IMG/VR virus record: IMGVR_UViG_3300037418_001250
Direction: 5' to 3' (one strand)
Length of the DNA: 64,000 nucleotides
Origin: an uncultured virus (IMG/VR IMGVR_UViG_3300037418_001250)
Taxonomy: Duplodnaviria; Heunggongvirae; Uroviricota; Caudoviricetes
Below the pieces are notes generated by a model that was not told the DNA's origin, did no database searches, and saw nothing but the letters and a program-made list of their open reading frames with translations. Below are positions 1-8,089 of this stretch, piece by piece. The position numbers and the translations under genes were made by a program. Numbering within the stretch: the first letter of the stretch is position 1; every line of letters starts with the position of its first letter.

Positions 1-106
1 CGTTCATCGCTTCCGCTTCGGTGCAGCCGTTGGCTTCGGTCATGGCGAGCAGGGCGCGGATTTTGGCGAGCAGCTTTTCGCGCTTGGCTTGGTTATCGGT
101 CGTCAT
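1..106 (-). CDS. DUF2786-like protein, N-terminal part (runs off window)
   Basis: Manual translation MTTDNQAKREKLLAKIRALLAMTEANGCTEAEAMN..., preceded by GACTGGAGA SD. Confidence 0.6.
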   Translation of the reverse strand, partial: MTTDNQAKREKLLAKIRALLAMTEANGCTEAEAMN

Positions 107-189
107 CGTCGTTTCTCCAGTCGTTTTCGGTTTCGGGTTCTGGTTTTAGAAAGGGGCAAGGCATGGCTCGCCCCTTGGGTCGGGTCGGG

Positions 190-1485
190 TTAGGCGGCGG
201 CCTGGGCTTCCGGCTTGCCTTTCTTGTGTTTTGCCGGTTTCGCGGCCTTTGCTGGCTTCTTCGCGGCTTGCTTGCTGGGCTTGGCGGCGATGGCGGCGGG
301 CTCAGCCGCAGCATTCGTGCTGCCGTCTTTCGGTTTTGGCAAGGCTTTCGGCGCAGAAATTTCCGGCGCGTCCCCGGCTTTCATCGGCATGATGACCATG
401 ATGATGTCGTCCTGGTCGGGGTCGCTGATCCTGACCGGGCTCTTGGCGTCATAGACGTCGATCACCGCTTTCGAACCGCAGTTGGACAGCGCGTTAAGCA
501 GATGGCCGGCGTTGATGCCAAAGGTCACCGGCTTTGAAACTTCCGCCTCGACCATTTCCAGAGCCTCGGCGGCATCGGTCTTGATCGAAACCAGAAGTTC
601 GCTCGCCGTCGCTTCGATACGGACCGACTTGTCGGCGGCCTTCATGGCCTTCGTCGCGCCCTCGAGCAGCGCCGCATCGACCGCGATGCGATGATCGGCG
701 CGGCTCTGTGGAATGACGCGGTGATAGTCGGGAAACGATCTGTCGACGCACTTCGCCGTCAGCTTCCAATCGGCGGCGGCGAAAACAACCCGGCCGTTTT
801 TGCCGTCGTACTGCTTGACCGCGATGCGCAGGCCGCTTTCGGGGTCAATGTCCAGCAACAGCTTATTCAGCGTGATGATCGTCTTGCGCGGAATGATGCC
901 TTCGAAGTTCGACGGCTTCAAATTGCCGAGCGGCAGCACGTCGTCGCCGAGATTGCAACGGACCAATTGCAGGCCGTCGGTGGCGACCGTCGCGAGGCCC
1001 GCTTTGCCGTAGTGGAAGAAAAGGCCGTTGAGATACGGGCGGGTTTCTTCCGTTGACATGGCGTGCTCGGGGTATTGCGTCGCCCAACCAAATTCGTCGG
1101 CGACCGCCGTAAAGCCCGCCGTCGGCGTCTTGCCCGGCGACATGACGGGAAAGTCTTTGACCTCAAGCGTCGCGTAGTTGACGTTGAAGGAGCCGACGTT
1201 GCCCTTGATCTTGTCGCCGAGCTTTTCGATGAGCACGCCGCCCGTCGTCGATGCGAAAACCTTGTGGAAGTTTTCAAGCGGCAACAGAAGCTCGCCCTCG
1301 CCGTCGCCCGGCACCATGATCTGCAACTCGCTCTCAAGGTCGGTCGCCGTGAACACGAGGCCGTCCTTCGCCGCCTTGACCTTGGCGTGGCCAAGCACCG
1401 GCAGCGTCGATTTCTTCTCGGCAATCCACCGCAAGCGGCGCGTGGCACGGAGCGCGTCGGCGGTCGTCATCGTCAGTTTGGTCAT
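190..1485 (-). CDS. dnaN: DNA polymerase III beta sliding clamp homologue with basic low-complexity C-tail
   Basis: Clamp motifs ATDLE, AMSTEETRPYLNG, VATDG, FPDYHRVIP, GINAGHL, VIMPM; ATG 1485 follows ACTGGAGA SD. Confidence 0.88.
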   Translation of the reverse strand: MTKLTMTTADALRATRRLRWIAEKKSTLPVLGHAKVKAAKDGLVFTATDLESELQIMVPGDGEGELLLPLENFHKVFASTTGGVLIEKLGDKIKGNVGSFNVNYATLEVKDFPVMSPGKTPTAGFTAVADEFGWATQYPEHAMSTEETRPYLNGLFFHYGKAGLATVATDGLQLVRCNLGDDVLPLGNLKPSNFEGIIPRKTIITLNKLLLDIDPESGLRIAVKQYDGKNGRVVFAAADWKLTAKCVDRSFPDYHRVIPQSRADHRIAVDAALLEGATKAMKAADKSVRIEATASELLVSIKTDAAEALEMVEAEVSKPVTFGINAGHLLNALSNCGSKAVIDVYDAKSPVRISDPDQDDIIMVIMPMKAGDAPEISAPKALPKPKDGSTNAAAEPAAIAAKPSKQAAKKPAKAAKPAKHKKGKPEAQAAA

Positions 1486-1520
1486 CGGGTTTTCTCCAGT
1501 TGACAGAGGCAGTTTAATGG

Positions 1521-1618
1521 TTGCAATGTAACATAAGGTGCAAAAGGTTGCAATTGTTGCAAAAGGCAGGAAAAGCAAGGCTTTGCTGCTACAACTGTTA
1601 TAATGTAACAGTTTGCAA
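1521..1618. promoter_or_regulatory. AT-rich divergent control region with (G/T)TGCAA repeats
   Basis: TTGCAA/GTGCAA at 1521, 1538, 1548, 1557, 1613. Confidence 0.55.
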
Positions 1619-1657
1619 TCTGAGGCCTTTGAGAGCTAGATTGAGGATGAAAAATCA

Positions 1658-1873
1658 ATGACCGCGGACAATCTCGTGCTTGAGCACTTACGTCTCCTGC
1701 GAAACGACATCGCTGACCTGTCCCGCCGGGTCGAAAACCTCGCCGCCGAGACGCGGGGGGTGAAAGGCCACGTCGCCACGCTTGTGCAAAGCGACCTGCA
1801 CCGTGACGACCGCATCGCCGCCGTCGAGGTCGAAATCGACCGCATCAAAAAGCGGCTCGAACTCGTCGATTGA
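1658..1873 (+). CDS. small coiled-coil hypothetical protein
   Basis: GAGGA SD; heptad-like sequence. Confidence 0.7.
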   Translation: MTADNLVLEHLRLLRNDIADLSRRVENLAAETRGVKGHVATLVQSDLHRDDRIAAVEVEIDRIKKRLELVD

Positions 1874-1907
1874 TCTCCTGTCGCTCCTGATGGCGCTTGC
1901 CGCCAAT

Positions 1908-1934
1908 TGTTGCTAATGTTGCAAATGTTGCAAT
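1908..1934 (+). repeat. 3 tandem 9-mers TGTTGCWAW
   Basis: tgttgctaa tgttgcaaa tgttgcaat directly before the SD of the 1952 gene. Confidence 0.8.
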
Positions 1935-1951
1935 GGGAGGAAAATCAGTGC

Positions 1952-2161
1952 ATGACGCTCGTCATGGCGGACACCAAATTCCAGAACGTGCATGTGCGGT
2001 TGACCGATGAAGAGGCGGAGAAGTTCGACGCCATCATCGCAGCTCGCTTTGGCGAAGGCCTGCGCGACCGCACCAAAGCATTGCGAGTGATGATCGAGGA
2101 AGAGTACGAGCGGTGCCAGCGTCGGCAGGGAGGCGCGAAGCATGGAGTGGCCGACAGGTAA
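1952..2161 (+). CDS. ribbon-helix-helix (CopG-like) DNA-binding protein
   Basis: NVHVRLTDEEAEKFDAI...RTKALRVMI pattern; GGAGG SD. Confidence 0.6.
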   Translation: MTLVMADTKFQNVHVRLTDEEAEKFDAIIAARFGEGLRDRTKALRVMIEEEYERCQRRQGGAKHGVADR

Positions 2162-2864
2162 GGCGCTCGCTGACCGCATCAAGGACATTTCCGGCACCGA
2201 CAAGATCATGCTCGGCTTCTCGCGCGGCAAGGACGCCATCGGCGCCGCCATCGAGCTGAAAAAATACTTCGACGTCGTGCCGGTCTTCTACGACGGCTGC
2301 CCAGGTCTCCAGTTCGTCGCCGACAGTCTCGCCTATTACGAGCGGGCGTTGTTCAAGCGGAAGATCCACGTCGTTCCGCATCCGAATTTCTTCCGCAAGC
2401 TGCAGCATTGGGCCTTTCAGGATTACCACGGTTTTTTCGTCATCAATCAAATTCCCTTTCCGCGTTGGACGCACGACGACGTCCACAAGTGGGTCATCGA
2501 CAAGGAAGGCTTGCCGTCGACGACCTTCATCGCGACCGGCGTCAGAGCCGCCGACAGCGTCACGCGCCGCACCGCCATCGCCAAGCACGGGCCGATCACG
2601 CTCTCCAAGCGCACGGTGCATTTCATCTGGGATTGGAACAAGGAACGGCTCATCAGCGAAATGCAGGCCGCCAACGTCAAGCTCCCCATCGATTACTTGC
2701 TGTGGGGGCGGACGTTCGACGGCATCGACGCCCGCTTCATGATCCCCTTGAAGCGGGAGCTGCCGGAAGATTTCGAGCGGGTGAAGCGGTGGTTCCCTCT
2801 CGTTGAGGCCGACATGATCCGCTACACGCGGCTGCGGCACGAGCAGGGTCAGGAGGTGATCTGA
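2142..2864 (+). CDS. PAPS-reductase-like PP-loop ATPase (adenine nucleotide alpha-hydrolase fold)
   Basis: LGFSRGKDA PP-loop, TGVRAADSVTRR, FIWDW. Confidence 0.75.
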   Translation: MEWPTGKALADRIKDISGTDKIMLGFSRGKDAIGAAIELKKYFDVVPVFYDGCPGLQFVADSLAYYERALFKRKIHVVPHPNFFRKLQHWAFQDYHGFFVINQIPFPRWTHDDVHKWVIDKEGLPSTTFIATGVRAADSVTRRTAIAKHGPITLSKRTVHFIWDWNKERLISEMQAANVKLPIDYLLWGRTFDGIDARFMIPLKRELPEDFERVKRWFPLVEADMIRYTRLRHEQGQEVI

Positions 2865-3425
2865 ATGGCGATCAAGCGGTTCGAGACAACGATAAAGCGC
2901 GACGGTGGCGCTGGTATCAAAAACTTCGCCGCGGCCGCTGGCGGCATCAAGAGGTTCGGAGGCATCGAGAAGAAACGACCGCCGCTCGCCGAGCCCGAAA
3001 TCGATGACCCGATGCAAGGCATGAAGCTCGATCCCAAAGACCGCGGCCAGCAGGCCCAGGCGACCTTGAGCGCCGCCTTGAAGAGCCTGCATCAAAAGCG
3101 GGAGGCCGAAGCCAAGTCGATGGAGCTGACGACCGACGGCGCCTTCTACTTCGTCGCCGTGTTCGACACCCGCGATCAGAAAATGGCCTTCCTCAACGGC
3201 ATTGGCTACAAGGAGGGCGACCTCTACGTCGACGGCCGCCAGATGGCCGATTGCATCAACGGCAAGATGAATGCGGTTGCGGCGCTGATCGCCCTGCCGC
3301 AGAAGCTCGCGGCGGCGTTCGAAGCGATGAAGCTCAAGCTGCCGATGGTCGACGTCAAAATGCCGAAGCTCTTCCGCGTCGACAAAAAGTACGCGGCGCT
3401 GGCGCTCAGGAAGGGCGAGAAATGA
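2865..3425 (+). CDS. hypothetical protein coupled to the PP-loop gene
   Basis: Starts 1 nt after upstream stop; FYFVAVFDTRDQKMAFL...YVDG core; N-terminal IKRF-type repeats. Confidence 0.7.
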   Translation: MAIKRFETTIKRDGGAGIKNFAAAAGGIKRFGGIEKKRPPLAEPEIDDPMQGMKLDPKDRGQQAQATLSAALKSLHQKREAEAKSMELTTDGAFYFVAVFDTRDQKMAFLNGIGYKEGDLYVDGRQMADCINGKMNAVAALIALPQKLAAAFEAMKLKLPMVDVKMPKLFRVDKKYAALALRKGEK

Positions 3426-3736
3426 CGATAGCCTGCACGATAAAACTGTATGCGGCCGCGCTCGATGAAGAGCCTATCGGTCGCGCCGAAATCAGCGAGA
3501 GGCTCCACCGGGAAATTGCACAAGGGCGCCAGTGGTTCCAGCTTCGCGAGCCGCCTCAGCCAATTGCGATCGGGCCAATGGGCATGGAAATCGAGGCACG
3601 GTCTGGCTACGGGATAATCGACGTCAAGGTCGTTCGCATTGGTGACGCTGATGGAAACTCAGCCAGTCGGTGCGTCGTTAGCAATCTTGTTGCTCAGGAT
3701 TTGGTGCGGTCGGCAAAAGGGAGCTGGAGAGGGTGA
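3422..3736 (+). CDS. hypothetical protein
   Basis: ATGA overlap with upstream gene. Confidence 0.55.
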   Translation: MTIACTIKLYAAALDEEPIGRAEISERLHREIAQGRQWFQLREPPQPIAIGPMGMEIEARSGYGIIDVKVVRIGDADGNSASRCVVSNLVAQDLVRSAKGSWRG

Positions 3737-4044
3737 TGGGCGAAACCGATCCGCGCAAGATGGTGGAGAAACCGGAAATACCGGAAAATATCGGGAAATC
3801 AGTTTGCGGAAAATGCGAGATAACGGTCAGGCAGCACATTACCTACCGACCAGAAATCGGTTTTCTTGTTATCGACGAGTGGAGCGATGAATTAGACGCT
3901 CAGGCATGGGAGCCGAGCCCGCCGTTGATGTCCCGTGCGGTGTCGGCGCGGCCGGGCGATATGTTTGCCAATCCCGACGGCACCGTGACTGCCATTGTGC
4001 GCGAGCAGCACTACCGCGATCTTATGAAGGGATTAAAGCGATGA
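3736..4044 (+). CDS. hypothetical protein (CxxC)
   Basis: TGATG overlap, GGAGAGGG SD. Confidence 0.55.
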   Translation: MGETDPRKMVEKPEIPENIGKSVCGKCEITVRQHITYRPEIGFLVIDEWSDELDAQAWEPSPPLMSRAVSARPGDMFANPDGTVTAIVREQHYRDLMKGLKR

Positions 4045-4325
4045 CAGGCAATCGTCCCGCCCACGTCTTCGCCAACACGCCGGCAGCGATGCAGGAGAAG
4101 CAGCTCGCCGTTCGCCAAGCCGTCAACGACGCCGTGCGCAGCTTCATCGGCAAGCCGATCGATGACGAGCTTCGCTGGGAAATGGCGACGGCAGCGCGCG
4201 AAGCGGGCACCCGCGAAGCCAAGCGGCTCGGCATTCGGGCGCCGAAAGTCGTCGTCGATCGCGACAGGAAAGATCCAGCGAAGATCGCCGTCCGTATCGC
4301 CTTTCCCTTGGGAGGGCGGCTGTGA
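4041..4325 (+). CDS. hypothetical protein
   Basis: ATGA overlap. Confidence 0.55.
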   Translation: MTGNRPAHVFANTPAAMQEKQLAVRQAVNDAVRSFIGKPIDDELRWEMATAAREAGTREAKRLGIRAPKVVVDRDRKDPAKIAVRIAFPLGGRL

Positions 4326-4507
4326 AGGTCATTTGCGACGAGACGAATAATACGTCGGAAACGATTGCTCGCGGCGAGCTTCACGTCAACTTTATGCCTG
4401 AGACGGTCGCTGATATTTTGACATTAATGGGGGTTAACGGCGTCGCCTCGGTGGCGTTGATGCAAGAGCTTGGGCGACGCCTGAGAGAAAGCGCCCCAAA
4501 GAAATAA
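4322..4507 (+). CDS. hypothetical protein
   Basis: GTGA overlap, GGAGG SD. Confidence 0.5.
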   Translation: MKVICDETNNTSETIARGELHVNFMPETVADILTLMGVNGVASVALMQELGRRLRESAPKK

Positions 4508-4521
4508 TTCGCAATTGGCTA

Positions 4522-4562
4522 TTGACGCCCCCTTTACGCCGCCCCCAAATCACCGGCATATT
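4522..4562 (+). promoter_or_regulatory. putative late promoter containing CCGCCCCCAAATCACC
   Basis: TTGACG at 4522; 16-mer 4539-4554 repeated exactly at 63572-63587. Confidence 0.4.
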
Positions 4563-4587
4563 TTCATCCTCGGGGAAACCCTGCCGC

Positions 4588-4623
4588 AGCGAGCCATTTG
4601 AACCGGCTCGCTTTTTTATTTTT
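4588..4623 (+). terminator. rho-independent terminator
   Basis: AGCGAGCC/GGCTCGCT stem followed by TTTTTATTTTT. Confidence 0.75.
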
Positions 4624-4860
4624 CTCCACCGCTCGCAAAATCTGCACCGCGAGCGCCGTGGCTATCGCCGCACGGTAACCCGAGCTTTTCGCTTTTCCGT
4701 CCGCCCACTCGTCGGGATTTCCCGCAGGCGAGCCAGCGCGTCTGACTAACGAGAAGGAAGGCCTGATCGGTTCGACGGGTGGGTCTCCCCAAGTGGGGGT
4801 GCTTTCATCGCCGCAAATCAGGCCGTCGCTGGCACCCCTTCACCACGCATGAGGTCTTCG

Positions 4861-5115
4861 ATGCTGCCGAAGCGTCCGCGCGGCCGACCCGTCGGCAGCG
4901 GCAAGAACGATAGCGCCGAGCTGCAGATGATCGCCGAGGTTCTGGCGCGTGGCGGAGCCACCACCCCGACCGGCGCCATCCGCGCCATCGGTATCACCAA
5001 CCCGTCGGTCATTCGCCGACTGCGCAACAAGCACAACCGGAGCCAAGCCGATGACGGACGCCAAGAAGGTCTCGAAGGTCGATCAAATCCGCGCCCTTCG
5101 CATTCGCCAAGCTGA
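4861..5115 (+). CDS. small AT-hook DNA-binding protein
   Basis: KRPRGRP motif followed by an HTH-like segment. Confidence 0.5.
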   Translation: MLPKRPRGRPVGSGKNDSAELQMIAEVLARGGATTPTGAIRAIGITNPSVIRRLRNKHNRSQADDGRQEGLEGRSNPRPSHSPS

Positions 5116-5188
5116 GGAACGGGAAGCCAGAGCCGCGGCGGCGAAGAAGACAGCGCGGCAAGCCAAACGGAAAGCCAAGTCTGATTGA
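5051..5188 (+). CDS. small basic hypothetical protein
   Basis: GGAG SD; K/R/A-rich 45 aa. Confidence 0.45.
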   Translation: MTDAKKVSKVDQIRALRIRQAEEREARAAAAKKTARQAKRKAKSD

Positions 5189-5206
5189 AAGAGGGAGCAA
5201 AATCCG

Positions 5207-5629
5207 ATGTTCGACAAACTCACCGACGAAAGCCTGCCGGATGCCAAGGAAGAGCTGAAAGCCATCCTCGCGAAACTCGGCGCCTGCTTCGGCATGTCGG
5301 GCGATGAGGCGCATGAGGCCCTTGTCGCAGGCGGCCTCGTCATCACCGCCGGCAAGTGGCAGGACGGCCCCGTCCGCTGCCACGTCAACCGCATTCCGCC
5401 GGAGCTTCGTTCGCCGTTCCCGGCCGAGCCGAAGCCGAAGTCGAAGTCGAAGCCGCAGCCGCGCAAACCCCGCGCCAGCCGTCCCGCCACACCCGCCAAA
5501 GAGGCCGCCGATGCGACAGAAGCTCGGGACGTTGACGCTGACCGTCTGGCAGGACGGCGAGGACGTGGAGGTCGAGCGCACGACGCAGTTGTCGCCAGCG
5601 CTGACGCTGATGCAGGCGGGGATGAGTGA
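5207..5629 (+). CDS. hypothetical protein, paralogue of 5762-5989
   Basis: Shared TDESLP...LVAxGL...TAG...GPVRC...R(I/V)PPELR. Confidence 0.65.
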   Translation: MFDKLTDESLPDAKEELKAILAKLGACFGMSGDEAHEALVAGGLVITAGKWQDGPVRCHVNRIPPELRSPFPAEPKPKSKSKPQPRKPRASRPATPAKEAADATEARDVDADRLAGRRGRGGRAHDAVVASADADAGGDE

Positions 5630-5750
5630 CGCCGAGAAGCGCCGCGCCATCGCCATGCGGGCCGAGGTCTGCCGCAAGGCCGCTGAGTTCTTCGTTTTCA
5701 TCCGCAACCCCGACAGCCAGGTCGAGGTCTTCGATCCGACCCGAGAGTGA
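5511..5750 (+). CDS. hypothetical protein
   Basis: AGAGG SD; overlaps the low-complexity tail of the previous ORF. Confidence 0.5.
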   Translation: MRQKLGTLTLTVWQDGEDVEVERTTQLSPALTLMQAGMSDAEKRRAIAMRAEVCRKAAEFFVFIRNPDSQVEVFDPTRE

Positions 5751-5761
5751 GGAAGGCTCCA

Positions 5762-5989
5762 ATGCAGTTTACCGACGAGAGCCTGCCGACCCCGCGCCAA
5801 GAGCTGCAAGCCGTAATGGCCAAGGTCGCCGAGGCGTTCGGCGTCTCCGCCAACGAAGCTCAGGAACGGCTTGTCGCCGCTGGTCTCATGGTGACCGCTG
5901 GCAGAGCACGAGAGACCGGCCCCGTCAGGTGCCAGCTTCTTCGGGTGCCGCCCGAGCTTCGGGCGCTCTCCGGAATGCAACACAAGTAA
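5762..5989 (+). CDS. hypothetical protein, paralogue of 5207-5629
   Basis: See paralogue; GAGGAAGG SD. Confidence 0.65.
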   Translation: MQFTDESLPTPRQELQAVMAKVAEAFGVSANEAQERLVAAGLMVTAGRARETGPVRCQLLRVPPELRALSGMQHK

Positions 5990-6022
5990 CACTTGCAACC
6001 TTCGAACCATAAAGGTCCCAAC

Positions 6023-6658
6023 ATGACGATCTCAAAGGATGGGAACCCGCACGATGCGGGTACGCCTGACGCGGCTCCCGTCGAGACGGCTCCGAAAAAG
6101 GGCAGAAGCCGCCGCAAGGCCGCCGCCAAGACTGCCGCCAAAGCCGAGGCGCCGAAGAAGAAACGCCGCCGCAACCACTCGCCCAAAGAGGACCGGCAAC
6201 TGAAAGAGCGCCGCGAAAAAATGGCGCTCGCGCTCAATGCCCGGTCGAACGGTTACAAGTACCGCGAGATCGCCGCCGAACTCCAAGTCGACGTCGCCAC
6301 CGCCTACAAGTACGTGCAGGACGGTCTCGCCGAGCTTCCCCGAGAGGCGGCGGAAGAATTGCGGGCCATCGAGCTTGACCGCATCGACACGATGCTGACG
6401 AAGCTGATGGAGGTTTTTCTCGAGACGCCGGACCCGATCTATTCCGATCAGATTTTGAAGCTGATGGGCGCCCGGGCAAAATACACCGGCATCCTCGACC
6501 AGCCGAAAGAGCCGGGCGAGGGCGGCGGCCGAAACTACGACGGCGGTGGCCGTCAGAGCTTCGCCGACAGTCTCAAGGGCGACGTGCCGCAACTGCAGCT
6601 CCCGGCGCCCATCGTCCTCAAACCGGACGAAGCCGTTCCCGCCAATCCAATTTTGTAA
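6023..6658 (+). CDS. terS: terminase small subunit (HTH)
   Basis: GYKYREIAAELQVDVATAYKYV HTH; ELDRID; immediately upstream of terL. Confidence 0.7.
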   Translation: MTISKDGNPHDAGTPDAAPVETAPKKGRSRRKAAAKTAAKAEAPKKKRRRNHSPKEDRQLKERREKMALALNARSNGYKYREIAAELQVDVATAYKYVQDGLAELPREAAEELRAIELDRIDTMLTKLMEVFLETPDPIYSDQILKLMGARAKYTGILDQPKEPGEGGGRNYDGGGRQSFADSLKGDVPQLQLPAPIVLKPDEAVPANPIL

Positions 6659-6691
6659 GAGGGGAGAGCATCCCCGAAAGGGGGTGCGCGA

Positions 6692-8083
6692 ATGTCCGGC
6701 GCGCAACGGATGCAGCGGCGCATCCAACTAACGCCGAAGCAGGCAAATATCTACGCTTGGGGCTGGCAAGAGGAAGCCCGTTTCCGCACCGCCGTCTGCG
6801 GCCGCCGCTTCGGCAAGACGTTTTTGGGCGTTGAAGAGATCAAGCGGGCCTACCGGCTCGCCATCGATCACAACATCGATCCCGACAACGAAATCTGGTA
6901 CGGCGCGCCGACCTTCAAGCAGGCCAAGCGCGTCTTCTGGAACCGCTTGAAGCGGCACGTGCCGATCGAGTGGCTCGCTGGGCGGCCGAACAATTCCGAA
7001 TGTATCCTGCCGATGGTCGGCGGCTACATCATCCGCATCGTCGGGCTTGACGATCCCGACGCGCTGCGCGGCTCCGGCCTCTGGTTCTTTCTCGGCGACG
7101 AGTGGGACGACGCCAAGGACGTCATCTGGCCCGAGATCGTGAGGCCGATGCTCGCCACCGCGCACGGTCACGCCTTGACGATCGGCACGCCTAAGGGTTT
7201 CCGCAAGCTGCACGCGGGCTACGTCGCCGGGCAGCCGAGCGCCGACCGCGACCCGGAGCGCAAGAGCTGGAAATATAACACGCTCGAAGGCGGCAACGTG
7301 CCGGTCGAGGAAGTCGACGCCGCCCGCCGCGTGCTCGACGCCAAAACCTTCCGGCAGGAGTACGAGGCCTCCTTCGAGACCTATCAGGGCATCATCTATC
7401 ACGCCTTCGACCGGGTGCAGAACGTCAAGCCGCCGCCGTGGGGAACGCAGTACAGCACCAACAGGCCTAACGTCTCGCCGTTCTACAATCCGAACCTGCC
7501 GGTCCACGTCGGTCTCGACTTCAACATCGATCCGATGACGGCGCATATTTTTCAGGAGACGGTCGAGGGGCCGATCGGCAATCGCCACATCTGCTCGTGG
7601 CAGATCGATGAGACGCACATCTTCTCGTCGAACACGCACGAAATGGGCTCCGAGATCGCCACCCGCTACGGCAAACTCGGTTTCTCCGGCGACACCGAGC
7701 TTGCCCACATCACGATCTATCCCGACCCTTCGGGCGCCGGCCGCCGAACGGCAGCGCACGGGCTCACCGACATTACGATCCTGCGCAAGATGGGCTTCAA
7801 GGTTTTCGCGATGAGCAATCATCCCCTGGTCCGCGACCGCATCAACGTCGTCAACGGCAAGTATTGCGCCGCCGACGGCACCCGGTCGCTGTTCATCGCG
7901 CCGAACTGCCCGAAGTCGATCGATGCCGCGGAAAAGCACGTCTACAAGGAAGGAACGTCAGAACCCGACAAGGGCGGCGATCCCGACTACTCCCACGACA
8001 ACGATAGCAAGGGCTACTACGTCTACACGCGCTTTGCGCATCAGAAGGCGACGCCCGCACTCATTGGCCATATGGGAAGGTAA
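6692..8083 (+). CDS. terL: terminase large subunit
   Basis: GRRFGKT Walker A, LRGSGL...DE, GTPKG, FRQEYEASF, GLDFNIDP, YPDPSG nuclease motifs. Confidence 0.95.
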   Translation: MSGAQRMQRRIQLTPKQANIYAWGWQEEARFRTAVCGRRFGKTFLGVEEIKRAYRLAIDHNIDPDNEIWYGAPTFKQAKRVFWNRLKRHVPIEWLAGRPNNSECILPMVGGYIIRIVGLDDPDALRGSGLWFFLGDEWDDAKDVIWPEIVRPMLATAHGHALTIGTPKGFRKLHAGYVAGQPSADRDPERKSWKYNTLEGGNVPVEEVDAARRVLDAKTFRQEYEASFETYQGIIYHAFDRVQNVKPPPWGTQYSTNRPNVSPFYNPNLPVHVGLDFNIDPMTAHIFQETVEGPIGNRHICSWQIDETHIFSSNTHEMGSEIATRYGKLGFSGDTELAHITIYPDPSGAGRRTAAHGLTDITILRKMGFKVFAMSNHPLVRDRINVVNGKYCAADGTRSLFIAPNCPKSIDAAEKHVYKEGTSEPDKGGDPDYSHDNDSKGYYVYTRFAHQKATPALIGHMGR

Positions 8084-8089
8084 AACCCC

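Noticed and set aside
2142..2864. DndC phosphorothioation system or sulfate-assimilation cysH
   Set aside because: Much shorter than DndC, lacks the expected Cys motifs, and no dnd/ssp or cys partners in the window
4424..4437. CtrA box
   Set aside because: TTAA-N6-TTAA rather than N7, and inside a coding region
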